From contig OZ243961.1 of assembly GCA_965214605.1 (NCBI GenBank), forward strand, positions 3,360,001 through 3,424,000: 64,000 nucleotides of DNA, written 5' to 3'. The number at the start of each line of letters is the position of its first letter. Position 1 is the stretch's first letter. The notes under the pieces are model-generated. The model worked only from the letters and a program-made list of their open reading frames with translations. It was not told where the DNA came from and did not search any database. The stretch is from an uncultured Candidatus Binatia bacterium (GTDB lineage: Bacteria; Desulfobacterota; Binatia; Bin18). A program made the translations under genes and the position numbers. Below, piece by piece: positions 19,222 through 27,710 of the stretch.

Positions 19222-20445
19222 CTAGAAATACAGCCGCAGCTGCGCATAATAAATCTGTGGATATAAGCCGTACTCGCTGCGTATGCGGGCCCCACGAACC
19301 CGGTCGCCCCACGGGAAATAGGCACCAAGCCGCAGGTCGGCCTCATCGCTTAGTGACACGACAACAAGGGGGCCGACGAGGCCGCTCAGATCGAGCAGAT
19401 TCCACTGGCTAAACAGGCTGCCTTGGACAAGGGGGTGGAATTCATAGTCGATCAGGCCGCCGAGGTAGTGCTGGCCGAAGTTGAAGATCTCGCCCCGGGC
19501 GAGGCGCCGAGAGGTAAACAGGCGGTGGTAGGAGTCAGTGTCGGCTTGGCCAAAGCCGTTGTAATAGTATTCGAGGAGTCCGTATAGGCCGTTCAGAAAA
19601 CGGTAGTCTACACTACTGACGGCGCGGAAAAACGTCCGCCGTTCCTGGATGCGGCCTGCGCTGTTGCGGGTGAAGGTGAACTCTCCCCGAACGCCAACCC
19701 CCCACACTTCACCGTCAAAGAATGGCCCTAGCACAACATCGTGGAAGAACTTCCCCGCCATCAGGCCAACGGCAAAATCTCGAACAGTGGTCTGGCTGCG
19801 CAGCCCGATTGCATGGTGACGAAAGTTCCCATTAAACGCGGCATACACGGCTTCGAGTTGGGAAAATTGGTCCAGGGGAATCTTGGTCCGAATCGCATCT
19901 ATCCCCGGCTTAAACTCTTGGTCAATCGCGACTGGAGAGAAGGCAACAAACAGATCGGCCGGCGTCCATAACCGACCAACCCCCCAGGAGATGGCCTGAC
20001 GTCCAATAATGATATCGGCGGTGGGCAGGCTCACCTCTAGATTTACGCGGTCCAGCGTGTGCTGCCACACAAAGCCGCTGTTTTGTCTGGCCGTCCAACT
20101 AAAGGGCAGCAGCGAAGAGCTACCAGCTTGGCGGTCGCCAGAGAACAGGCCTGCATTTGTCTCCGTACTCGGATTGATGACACCAACATGCTCGTAGTGC
20201 ACTGTCCAGCGCAGCCACCTGCCGACATGACCCTCCAACATCACACGCGCCCGGGTGAAGTCGGTGGCCGTATCTGAAAGGTCGGGCAGGGACGGGTCCT
20301 GGCCCAAAGCCAGGGTTTTAATATAGCCGGTTAGGCGGACGGACATGTCTGGAGAACGATGCTGCCACAGGGCTGAGGCATCGGGGGGGGAGCTCAGATG
20401 GAAGATCACACATACTAGCAGGCTAAAGCTTATATGGGTCGTCAT
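19222..20445 (-). CDS. Putative outer-membrane beta-barrel protein
   Basis: Signal peptide, GRQAISWG motif, alternating beta-strands, C-terminal beta-signal QLRLYF. Confidence 0.75.
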   Translation of the reverse strand: MTTHISFSLLVCVIFHLSSPPDASALWQHRSPDMSVRLTGYIKTLALGQDPSLPDLSDTATDFTRARVMLEGHVGRWLRWTVHYEHVGVINPSTETNAGLFSGDRQAGSSSLLPFSWTARQNSGFVWQHTLDRVNLEVSLPTADIIIGRQAISWGVGRLWTPADLFVAFSPVAIDQEFKPGIDAIRTKIPLDQFSQLEAVYAAFNGNFRHHAIGLRSQTTVRDFAVGLMAGKFFHDVVLGPFFDGEVWGVGVRGEFTFTRNSAGRIQERRTFFRAVSSVDYRFLNGLYGLLEYYYNGFGQADTDSYHRLFTSRRLARGEIFNFGQHYLGGLIDYEFHPLVQGSLFSQWNLLDLSGLVGPLVVVSLSDEADLRLGAYFPWGDRVRGARIRSEYGLYPQIYYAQLRLYF

Positions 20446-21152
20446 GACTCAGGGACTGGGCTTGTCTGCAGCTCATCACTCACAATCCGGCCGTCTCGCA
20501 AACGGATGAGACGGTGGGCACTGTCCATGACCTGCGGATCGTGGGTCGAAAAGAGGAACGTTGTGCCGTGCGATCGGTTGAGTTGAGCCATGACGTCTAG
20601 CAGAGCCGCGGCTGTGGATGAGTCGAGATTGGCGGTTGGCTCATCGGCCAGGATAAGGGCGGGCTGGGTTGCCATGGCTCTGGCAACGGCCACCCGCTGT
20701 TGCTGGCCACCGGATAATTGCGCGGGCCGCCGCTCTTCGAGACCGGTCAGCCCAATCTCGGTAAACAGCTGGTCGATTCGTGCCCGCCGTTGCAGCTCGG
20801 AAACCCCCTGGAGCAGCAGGGTGAACTCGGCGTTCTCCCGGGCAGTCAGGACCGGGATCAGATTATACGCCTGGAACACAAAACCGATGTGTGCCAGGCG
20901 TATACGGGCCAGCTGGCCGCTGGATAAGGCCTGAAGATCGTGGCCGGCCACCCACACCTGTCCGCTGTCGGCCCGGTCGAGTCCGCCAATGACATTCAGC
21001 AGCGTGGTTTTGCCTGAACCAGACGGACCGGCAATAGCCAGGAATTCGTCTGGTGCGATGTGGAGGTCAACACCCCGTAAAGCGGGCACTTCCAGGCTGT
21101 CGGTCTGATAGGTCCTGGTCACGTCTTTGAGTTCTACCGCCCAGTCGCTCAT
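20442..21152 (-). CDS. ABC transporter ATP-binding protein (LolD/MacB-like)
   Basis: GPSGSGKT, LSGGQQQR, LADEPTANLD, STHD. Confidence 0.93.
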   Translation of the reverse strand: MSDWAVELKDVTRTYQTDSLEVPALRGVDLHIAPDEFLAIAGPSGSGKTTLLNVIGGLDRADSGQVWVAGHDLQALSSGQLARIRLAHIGFVFQAYNLIPVLTARENAEFTLLLQGVSELQRRARIDQLFTEIGLTGLEERRPAQLSGGQQQRVAVARAMATQPALILADEPTANLDSSTAAALLDVMAQLNRSHGTTFLFSTHDPQVMDSAHRLIRLRDGRIVSDELQTSPVPES

Positions 21153-21160
21153 AGCTGTTC

Positions 21161-22486
21161 CTACATGGTCCGGAGTGCTCCGGGCAGCTCGGTTCGGGCG
21201 CCTTTCCAGGCCGGGTATGCGGCCATCAGCAGGGCGAGCGCGCCGACCACACTCACCGCCCACATAATCCGTGCATAACTCAGCGAAGAGTACAGGATAG
21301 GGTCAAAGACGGTCCCCGCAATCGGGATATCGGTCTCAGTGAAGACGCGCATATCTAGGCCATAGGTCGCAAAATACCAGTGGCCGCCGAGACCGAGACT
21401 CAGTCCAAAGACTAGGCTGAGCGCGATTAAAAGCACCGACTCATACATGACTAGGGTCAACAGTTGAGTCGGTTGTAAGCCTACCGCCGCGCACACGCCA
21501 AGTTCGTAGCGCCGCTCTAAGACCGCCATCAGCATGGTGTTTAGCACGCCTAGGGCCACCATGACCAGGATAATACCGTTCATCACATAGTTAAAGGCGT
21601 CGTCGAGCCAGACAAATCGGGCCAGCTCGGCCAGGGCTTGACGCCAGGTCAGGACCTCAATCTCGGTTGGGCTGAATTGGGTCCGTAAAGCGTCCGCCAT
21701 TGGCATGGCAGCGCTGTCCTGACGTAAGAAAACGGCGATTTGGTTGACGCTCTCGCCCGCCCCAAGAAAGAGCTGGGTTTCGGGCAACGTGAGATGGACG
21801 AGATAGGCGTCCACTTCGCGCAGACCGGTGTGGAAGATGCCGACGACCCGGAACAGGGCGCTTTGAATCTCTCCCCCCACTACTCCGTTCGGGTGCTGCG
21901 AGGCGGCTTGTTGCGTGTGGTCAGCATCGTCTCCCTTGTCTACCCCCGGACGGACCGCCTGAGCCATCAGGACGACCTTTGAGCCGATCCGCACTCTCAG
22001 CTTTTTGGCTAACTCAGATCCAAGCACCAGCCCTGAAGACTGCTTGCCGTCTAGATACGAGCCTTCGATTATGCGCTGCGGAATCAGCGAGACGATTTGC
22101 TCGGCGCGTGGCTCGACGCCAACAATACCGACTCCCGACGCATTGGCCGCAGAACTGAGCAGGCCCGAGGCCAGCAAGCGAGGGTTGATGCTGTGAAGCG
22201 CACGGTCGGCGCGCAGCGCTTGGCCAACGGTTGAAAGGACATGGGCAGGCAGGAGCAGATCCTGGGATTGACTGCGTTGATAGCTCTCGGCCTGAATCAC
22301 CACATGGCCGCCCCCCAGCTTGATGCCGTTCACAATCATCTGTTCGTGGCCCCCGTCACCCAAACCCAATGAGAGGAGGAACAAAGCCAGCCCGAGGCCG
22401 AGGGCCAGGACGGTCAGCATGGTCCGACGCGCGTGTCTCCACAGGTTACGCCAGGCCAGGCTCAAGAGTAGAGGTGTTCGTATCAT
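21161..22486 (-). CDS. FtsX/LolE-like ABC permease
   Basis: LAWRNLWRH, large periplasmic domain, NTMLMAVLERRYE, 4 TM. Confidence 0.9.
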   Translation of the reverse strand: MIRTPLLLSLAWRNLWRHARRTMLTVLALGLGLALFLLSLGLGDGGHEQMIVNGIKLGGGHVVIQAESYQRSQSQDLLLPAHVLSTVGQALRADRALHSINPRLLASGLLSSAANASGVGIVGVEPRAEQIVSLIPQRIIEGSYLDGKQSSGLVLGSELAKKLRVRIGSKVVLMAQAVRPGVDKGDDADHTQQAASQHPNGVVGGEIQSALFRVVGIFHTGLREVDAYLVHLTLPETQLFLGAGESVNQIAVFLRQDSAAMPMADALRTQFSPTEIEVLTWRQALAELARFVWLDDAFNYVMNGIILVMVALGVLNTMLMAVLERRYELGVCAAVGLQPTQLLTLVMYESVLLIALSLVFGLSLGLGGHWYFATYGLDMRVFTETDIPIAGTVFDPILYSSLSYARIMWAVSVVGALALLMAAYPAWKGARTELPGALRTM

Positions 22487-22489
22487 GAC

Positions 22490-23755
22490 TCATACCCGTC
22501 GCATTGCTTCAACCGGCTGCAGACGTGCCACTCGAATAGCCGGATAGAGTGCCGATACCAAGGCCACAAGGGCTAACCCGACCGCGGCCTGAATGTAGAT
22601 GATAAAGTCGTGTCGGCCGTACCAGATAGGGTCGATGACAACGCCAGCCACTGACAGCTCTCCCATAATAGTGCGTAAATCAAGCCCATAGGCCTGAAGA
22701 TACCACACCAGCGGTCCACCAAAACCAGCCCCAAGGGCGACACTCACCCCGGCCAGCAGACTGGCTTCAAGCATGACTAGCAGGGTCATGTACATCGGTC
22801 GCAGCCCCAGGGCCATGAGGACGCCATATTCACGGGTCCGTTCAAAGACCGCCATCAGCATGGTGTTCATCACCCCGATGATCGCGACGAGGAAGACGAT
22901 TGAGAAAAGAAAAGTGTTTGAGCCTTCACTCATTTGGACATAGTCGGCCAAGGTTGGGGATAATTCGGGCCAGGCCCGAACCCGGATCGGCAGTGTTACG
23001 CCAATTTGACTTTCGAGTCTGCTGGCAACCCCGCTTGCCACGTCCGCAGTTCTTGTGAGCACCCCAACTTCGTGAATCCGGTTTGCTGCCAGGCTCAGGA
23101 GCTCCTGCGTCGCGCCGAGGGGCATGAGGACGGTCCCACGGTCGATTGCCTCAGAGCCGGTCCGGAGAATACCCACCACGGTGTAGAGATCATTCCCAAT
23201 TGAGCCGTCGGCGGCTTGGGTGAGCAGAATAATCTCACTTCCAAGCTTGGCGGCGATGGTATTAGCCAGCTTCTCGCCCAGCACAACCTCATTTGCGTTG
23301 TTTTTCGCCTGCTGATTGAGAAAGCGGCCCTTGGCAAGACGGGTATGAAAACTCGAAATCTGCTGTTCGCGGACCGGGTCAATGCCGAGCAGGTCGGCTC
23401 CAGCCGAGTACTCTCCTCCGCTCACCAAGCCGTAGCCGTACACCCGTGGGGCCGCGGCCAGGACCTGGGGATGGGTGGTCAGGGTCGTCAGCAGGTCGTC
23501 AAGCTCGGTTCCCGTCCGTCCTCCCAGTGTATGGTAAAGGGATCGATCCGGATAATAGCCCGGGGCATGGACCTGCATATGTGACAGCCCCATACGTGTG
23601 CCGTTGTCGATCATCTGCTGGCTTAAGCCGTGTAAGAGACAGGCAAACAACAACAGCATAGCATAGCCCAGGGCGATCGCGGTTACGCTGATGAAGGTGC
23701 GTCGCGGGTTGCGCCACAGGTTGCGCCAGGCTAGCTGCAAGAGTCGTTTCGTCAC
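22490..23755 (-). CDS. FtsX/LolC-like ABC permease
   Basis: LAWRNLWRNPRR, NTMLMAVFERTREYG, YPAIRVARLQPVEAMR. Confidence 0.9.
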   Translation of the reverse strand: MTKRLLQLAWRNLWRNPRRTFISVTAIALGYAMLLLFACLLHGLSQQMIDNGTRMGLSHMQVHAPGYYPDRSLYHTLGGRTGTELDDLLTTLTTHPQVLAAAPRVYGYGLVSGGEYSAGADLLGIDPVREQQISSFHTRLAKGRFLNQQAKNNANEVVLGEKLANTIAAKLGSEIILLTQAADGSIGNDLYTVVGILRTGSEAIDRGTVLMPLGATQELLSLAANRIHEVGVLTRTADVASGVASRLESQIGVTLPIRVRAWPELSPTLADYVQMSEGSNTFLFSIVFLVAIIGVMNTMLMAVFERTREYGVLMALGLRPMYMTLLVMLEASLLAGVSVALGAGFGGPLVWYLQAYGLDLRTIMGELSVAGVVIDPIWYGRHDFIIYIQAAVGLALVALVSALYPAIRVARLQPVEAMRRV

Positions 23756-24546
23756 CGCTGTCTTTCCAAGTTGCGCAGGGAAAAGGTGTCGGCCGAAATC
23801 GGAATGTCGAACACTAGGTCGTTATAGATGATGACGGTCTGCTCATTGGGTTTATCCTGGGGCTGCATGACCATACGGGCCGGCACCAGGTGACCGCCCA
23901 TGGTCGTGTAGGACGAAAACCTCAGCTCGCGCATGAGCGTGCCCTCTTCATCATAATAGCGCTGCCAGGTTGGCATGAGGTCGTCTTGGCGGACTTCGAG
24001 TTCGATCTTTCCCCACACCACCGGCGCTCCAGACCGGGGAGTCAGCAAAAATTCGTACACCGCGGTTCCGTATCGGTCTCCCTCAAAAGCCATCTCAAGA
24101 GAATAGTCACGAATGAGGCGGCTCTCTTTGACCAAATCGTCATTGGTGAAATGGCTGCCCATCCATGAGGCCATCATCATTGAGGTCGGAATTTTAATGG
24201 TACGGCCGACCTTGGGCAAGTAATTCCAGATATTATTATCGACTTTCAGAGTGGCCGTTCCAGCCTCTTTCTTGGGTTTCTCAATCCGAACCAGGGTGTT
24301 CTCAGTGCCTTGGGACCAGACCTGCATGGTCAGGCTACGTTGCCAGTTTTCGGTCACAATTTGCATGGTTATGGTGCCCTGGCTTGAATCTCCGCGCATC
24401 ATACGATCAACCCGGTCAACAATCTCCCGGGCGCGCTGCTGGTCATCTGAGCCGGCAAAGGCCGGACTGAGCAGGCCGAGTACGGTGCTAAGGACGAGCG
24501 ACTGCAAAAACGCGCGAGACCAAGAGAGCCGTGTCTGAACAGTCAT
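23752..24546 (-). CDS. Outer-membrane lipoprotein-sorting protein (LolA-like)
   Basis: Signal peptide, WNYLPKVGRTIKI, SWMGSHFTNDD, FSLRNL. Confidence 0.85.
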   Translation of the reverse strand: MTVQTRLSWSRAFLQSLVLSTVLGLLSPAFAGSDDQQRAREIVDRVDRMMRGDSSQGTITMQIVTENWQRSLTMQVWSQGTENTLVRIEKPKKEAGTATLKVDNNIWNYLPKVGRTIKIPTSMMMASWMGSHFTNDDLVKESRLIRDYSLEMAFEGDRYGTAVYEFLLTPRSGAPVVWGKIELEVRQDDLMPTWQRYYDEEGTLMRELRFSSYTTMGGHLVPARMVMQPQDKPNEQTVIIYNDLVFDIPISADTFSLRNLERQR

Positions 24547-24712
24547 AGTTGGAGCCTTTCACCGTTGCGGGTAAGCCACACACCCGCCATGTGGACGATG
24601 TTCTTTTCATGGTCATTCTTGTTCATCTTATTTGACCACATTCGGAACCCATGGCACTCTCAGGGCGACGAGTCTGCTGAACATCATGAACATCATAAGG
24701 TTGGAGAGTAGA

Positions 24713-25594
24713 ATGAGTGCTGCACTACATTTTGATCATACCCCGTATCTCATCAGATTCGACCAGAAAGTTCAACTGAACGACTATCGTACAAAAGCTG
24801 GTGTCGAGTTCAAAAACAAATCTGAGGCACAAAAGGCCCTGCAAGAGGATGTGGCGGGTCTGGTAGAAGCCCAGCGGATACTCTGGGCAAGTGCTGAATA
24901 CGCCTTTCTCATCGTCCTGCAAGGTCCTGATGCCTCGGGCAAGGACGGCTTGATTCGGCACGTGTTTTCAGCGATGAACCCGCAGGGCTGTTCGGTCCAC
25001 AGCTTTGCAGCGCCAAACGAAGAGGAAGCAAGACATCATTTCTTATGGCGGCCAAACCGCTACCTGCCGGGCAAAGGTCAGATCACTGTTTTCAACCGCT
25101 CGTATTACGAGGAGGTGTTGGTTGTGCGGGTCCACCCACATTTTCTCGACGCCCAACGCTTCCCATCCGGCCAGCCCGGAGAAGACATCTGGCAGACCCG
25201 CTTTGACGATATTAACAGCTTTGAAAAGGGCTTGGTGCGAAACGGGACCCAGATACTGAAATTCTACCTCCATCTGTCAAAAGCTGAGCAAAAAAAGCGC
25301 TTTCTGACTCGCCTGACTAGGCCGGAAAAACACTGGAAGTTTGCTGACGCCGATATTCGTGAACGTCGATATTGGAAAGACTACCGTCAGGTGTATGAGG
25401 ATATGCTGAGCCATACCAGTACAGAATGGGCACCCTGGTATGTCATTCCGGCCGACAACAAATGGTATGCCCGGGCGCTGGTTGCTGATATAGCTGCGGC
25501 GCGGATTGGGGCTCTGCCCCTGCGCTATCCCCAGGTGAGCCCAGACCAAAAAAGACGGCTGCTAGAGGCAAAACGCGAATTAGAAAACGAGTAG
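24713..25594 (+). CDS. ppk2: Polyphosphate kinase 2 family (probably class III)
   Basis: QGPDASGKDG, FNRSYYEEVL, KHWKF, PWYVIPADNKW. Confidence 0.92.
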   Translation: MSAALHFDHTPYLIRFDQKVQLNDYRTKAGVEFKNKSEAQKALQEDVAGLVEAQRILWASAEYAFLIVLQGPDASGKDGLIRHVFSAMNPQGCSVHSFAAPNEEEARHHFLWRPNRYLPGKGQITVFNRSYYEEVLVVRVHPHFLDAQRFPSGQPGEDIWQTRFDDINSFEKGLVRNGTQILKFYLHLSKAEQKKRFLTRLTRPEKHWKFADADIRERRYWKDYRQVYEDMLSHTSTEWAPWYVIPADNKWYARALVADIAAARIGALPLRYPQVSPDQKRRLLEAKRELENE

Positions 25595-25600
25595 GGAGCT

Positions 25601-25867
25601 GTGGTGCCGGACAGTGAAGAACGGACGTTTCGCCTGCGCTTTTCTCTGAGCGCTGATATTCCCGCTCAAGCCTGGGATGATGAGGAGTTTGAGGGCGATG
25701 AGTGGCTGGACGAGTGGGAAGTTCGCATCAAGCCCGGTTTGATCCGGGCCGTCTTCTCCTATTTGCGGACATTTGACGGCTGGACCTGCCGCCTGCGCAA
25801 CCGCGGCGTGTCACCGCTGGATGAAATCGAAATTGTGCTCACAAAAGAACTCTCAAAAGACGCTTAG
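25601..25867 (+). CDS. Acidic hypothetical protein
   Basis: 88-aa ORF with GGGAG RBS, 6 nt after ppk2, followed by a hairpin. Confidence 0.7.
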   Translation: MVPDSEERTFRLRFSLSADIPAQAWDDEEFEGDEWLDEWEVRIKPGLIRAVFSYLRTFDGWTCRLRNRGVSPLDEIEIVLTKELSKDA

Positions 25868-25890
25868 AGATGCTCCGAGGGAGCATCTCT
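25866..25890. terminator. Hairpin between convergent genes
   Basis: AGAGATGCTCC-GAG-GGAGCATCTCT. Confidence 0.65.
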
Positions 25891-25900
25891 GTACACTGTG

Positions 25901-27589
25901 TTAGACTTGGGTCGATCCTAGCAAGTTCCCGCCCAAAGATGGGTGGCCAAAGCGCTTGTCGCCCAGCACATTGATGAGAGACGTCTTGCCGGATTTGAGC
26001 GCCCGCTCTAGGGCGGGGATGATCTCGTCCGGGGTCTCGGCATGCTCGGTGTGCACTCCCATCGGCTCGAACACCTTGTCGTAACGAATATTGGGAACCA
26101 TATCGAACGGGTCAGTCCGGCCCTTGAGGAGTGGCATCTGCTCAAAACTTGGACCCCACGAGCTGTTATTCCACAACAGACAGATAATCGGGATATTGTA
26201 CTTGGCCGCGGTTTCCATATCCATCCCGCCGATGCCGAGACCCCCGTCGCCAGAGACAACAATGACTTGTTTGCCCGGTCGGCCCAGCTGCGCCCCGATC
26301 CCCATGCCAACCCCGTGTCCCACCGGAGCCAGCGGACCAGCGTCAACGATTTGTCCGGTACTATGGGCGGTGAACCACTGGCTGGTATAGCCGCTCAGGG
26401 TAAAACTGTCGATAATCAGAGTGGCGTCTTTGTCGATGACGGAAACTAGGTCTTTGGTCAGCCGGTCAGGATGAATCGGGACGTCAGCATGCGTCTTGGC
26501 CGCCCGTTCACTAATCATTCGTTCGTAGTTTTGACGCACCTCAACCATCTGTTGCAACCACGGGCTTTCGCGTTTGGCACTGAAGTCGAGCTTCATGGCT
26601 TTGATGGTGTCAATGATCTGACGCAGGACGAGCTTGGGGTCACCAACAATGCCAACCTCGGCCGGTACGTGCCAACCGACGCGTTGAGGGTCGGTATCAA
26701 CCTGGACATAGGTGGCTTTATCCGTCCAAGTGGGCGGTCCGCCGAATTTTTCACCGCTCCAAAAGCGGAAGCCGACAGCCAGAACAAGGTCGGCATTGCC
26801 GGTAAAGGGTTTTTTCCACGCCCCACGGATAGCTAAGAGGTTATCCTCGTCCAATGCGCCCTGACCGGCCCGGCGACAGTAGACCGGCGTGCTTGTCAAC
26901 TCGGCCAATTCTTTGAGCTCTTCTTGAGCGTGAGACCAGAAGATGCCGTCGCCACCGGCAATCAGCGGACGCTGGGCCGAGAACAGCAGTTCGGCCGTCT
27001 TTTCGATACTGCGCGGATCGCCCTGAGAGCGAATAGCATCGACGTCATAAATCCTGGCTCCGCGGCGCTGTTTGGTCTCGTCGTCGGTGTGGTACAGGAT
27101 ATTGGTTGGAATCTCCAGCATGGAGACGCCCTGGGGTGGATTTTTTGCCTCACGAAAGGCCTGGCGTAGGTCAACCTCGATCGTCGTCCAGTCCAGGACT
27201 CGTTTGCCAAACTTGGCAAACGAGCTGACGACATCTGAGCCATAGGCCTCCTGGAAAGAGCCGATGTAGTCCTCAGTCGTTGGGTGCTGGCCGGACAGGC
27301 ACACCACCGAGCTGTTGGTCAGGGCAGCTCCGCACAGCCCGGTTACGGCGTTGGTCAGCCCACAGCCGGCGGTCACACAACACACGCCCGGTTGGCCGGT
27401 AACGCGGGCGTAGGCGTCGGCCGCATACGCCGTGGCTTGCTCGTGGCGCATGTGGATCAGCTTAACGTCGTTATCCCGCAGGTTTGCCAAAATGGGGAAG
27501 GTATGTCCGCCGTTGACGGCGAACATATATTTCACGTTTTGTTCTTTGAGGATGCGGCCAATCAGCACTCCTCCATCAACACTTGCCAT
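25901..27589 (-). CDS. Thiamine-pyrophosphate-dependent enzyme (ALS/2-hydroxyacyl-CoA lyase-like)
   Basis: MRHEQ, GDGG...NN TPP motif; AAGGAGG RBS before ATG 27589. Confidence 0.9.
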   Translation of the reverse strand: MASVDGGVLIGRILKEQNVKYMFAVNGGHTFPILANLRDNDVKLIHMRHEQATAYAADAYARVTGQPGVCCVTAGCGLTNAVTGLCGAALTNSSVVCLSGQHPTTEDYIGSFQEAYGSDVVSSFAKFGKRVLDWTTIEVDLRQAFREAKNPPQGVSMLEIPTNILYHTDDETKQRRGARIYDVDAIRSQGDPRSIEKTAELLFSAQRPLIAGGDGIFWSHAQEELKELAELTSTPVYCRRAGQGALDEDNLLAIRGAWKKPFTGNADLVLAVGFRFWSGEKFGGPPTWTDKATYVQVDTDPQRVGWHVPAEVGIVGDPKLVLRQIIDTIKAMKLDFSAKRESPWLQQMVEVRQNYERMISERAAKTHADVPIHPDRLTKDLVSVIDKDATLIIDSFTLSGYTSQWFTAHSTGQIVDAGPLAPVGHGVGMGIGAQLGRPGKQVIVVSGDGGLGIGGMDMETAAKYNIPIICLLWNNSSWGPSFEQMPLLKGRTDPFDMVPNIRYDKVFEPMGVHTEHAETPDEIIPALERALKSGKTSLINVLGDKRFGHPSLGGNLLGSTQV

Positions 27590-27653
27590 ACGTACTGTCC
27601 TCCTTTTCGGGGTGAAGACAGGGCATCTTTCCACATTTTTTTGGAAGAAAAAA

Positions 27654-27682
27654 GTAGGGGCGGGTTTCAGACCCGCCCCTAC
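27654..27682 (-). terminator. GTAG-type REP-like palindrome, probably acting as a terminator
   Basis: GTAGGGGCGGGT-TTCAG-ACCCGCCCCTAC; on the minus strand it is followed by T7. Confidence 0.75.
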
Positions 27683-27710
27683 TCGCTCTCTTCTCTGACG
27701 GCGTGCCGTG

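Noticed and set aside
24601-24696. PHO-box-like TCAT repeats and a TGAACATCA tandem upstream of ppk2
   Set aside because: The spacing does not follow the 11-bp period, and the repeats are too short to support a call.
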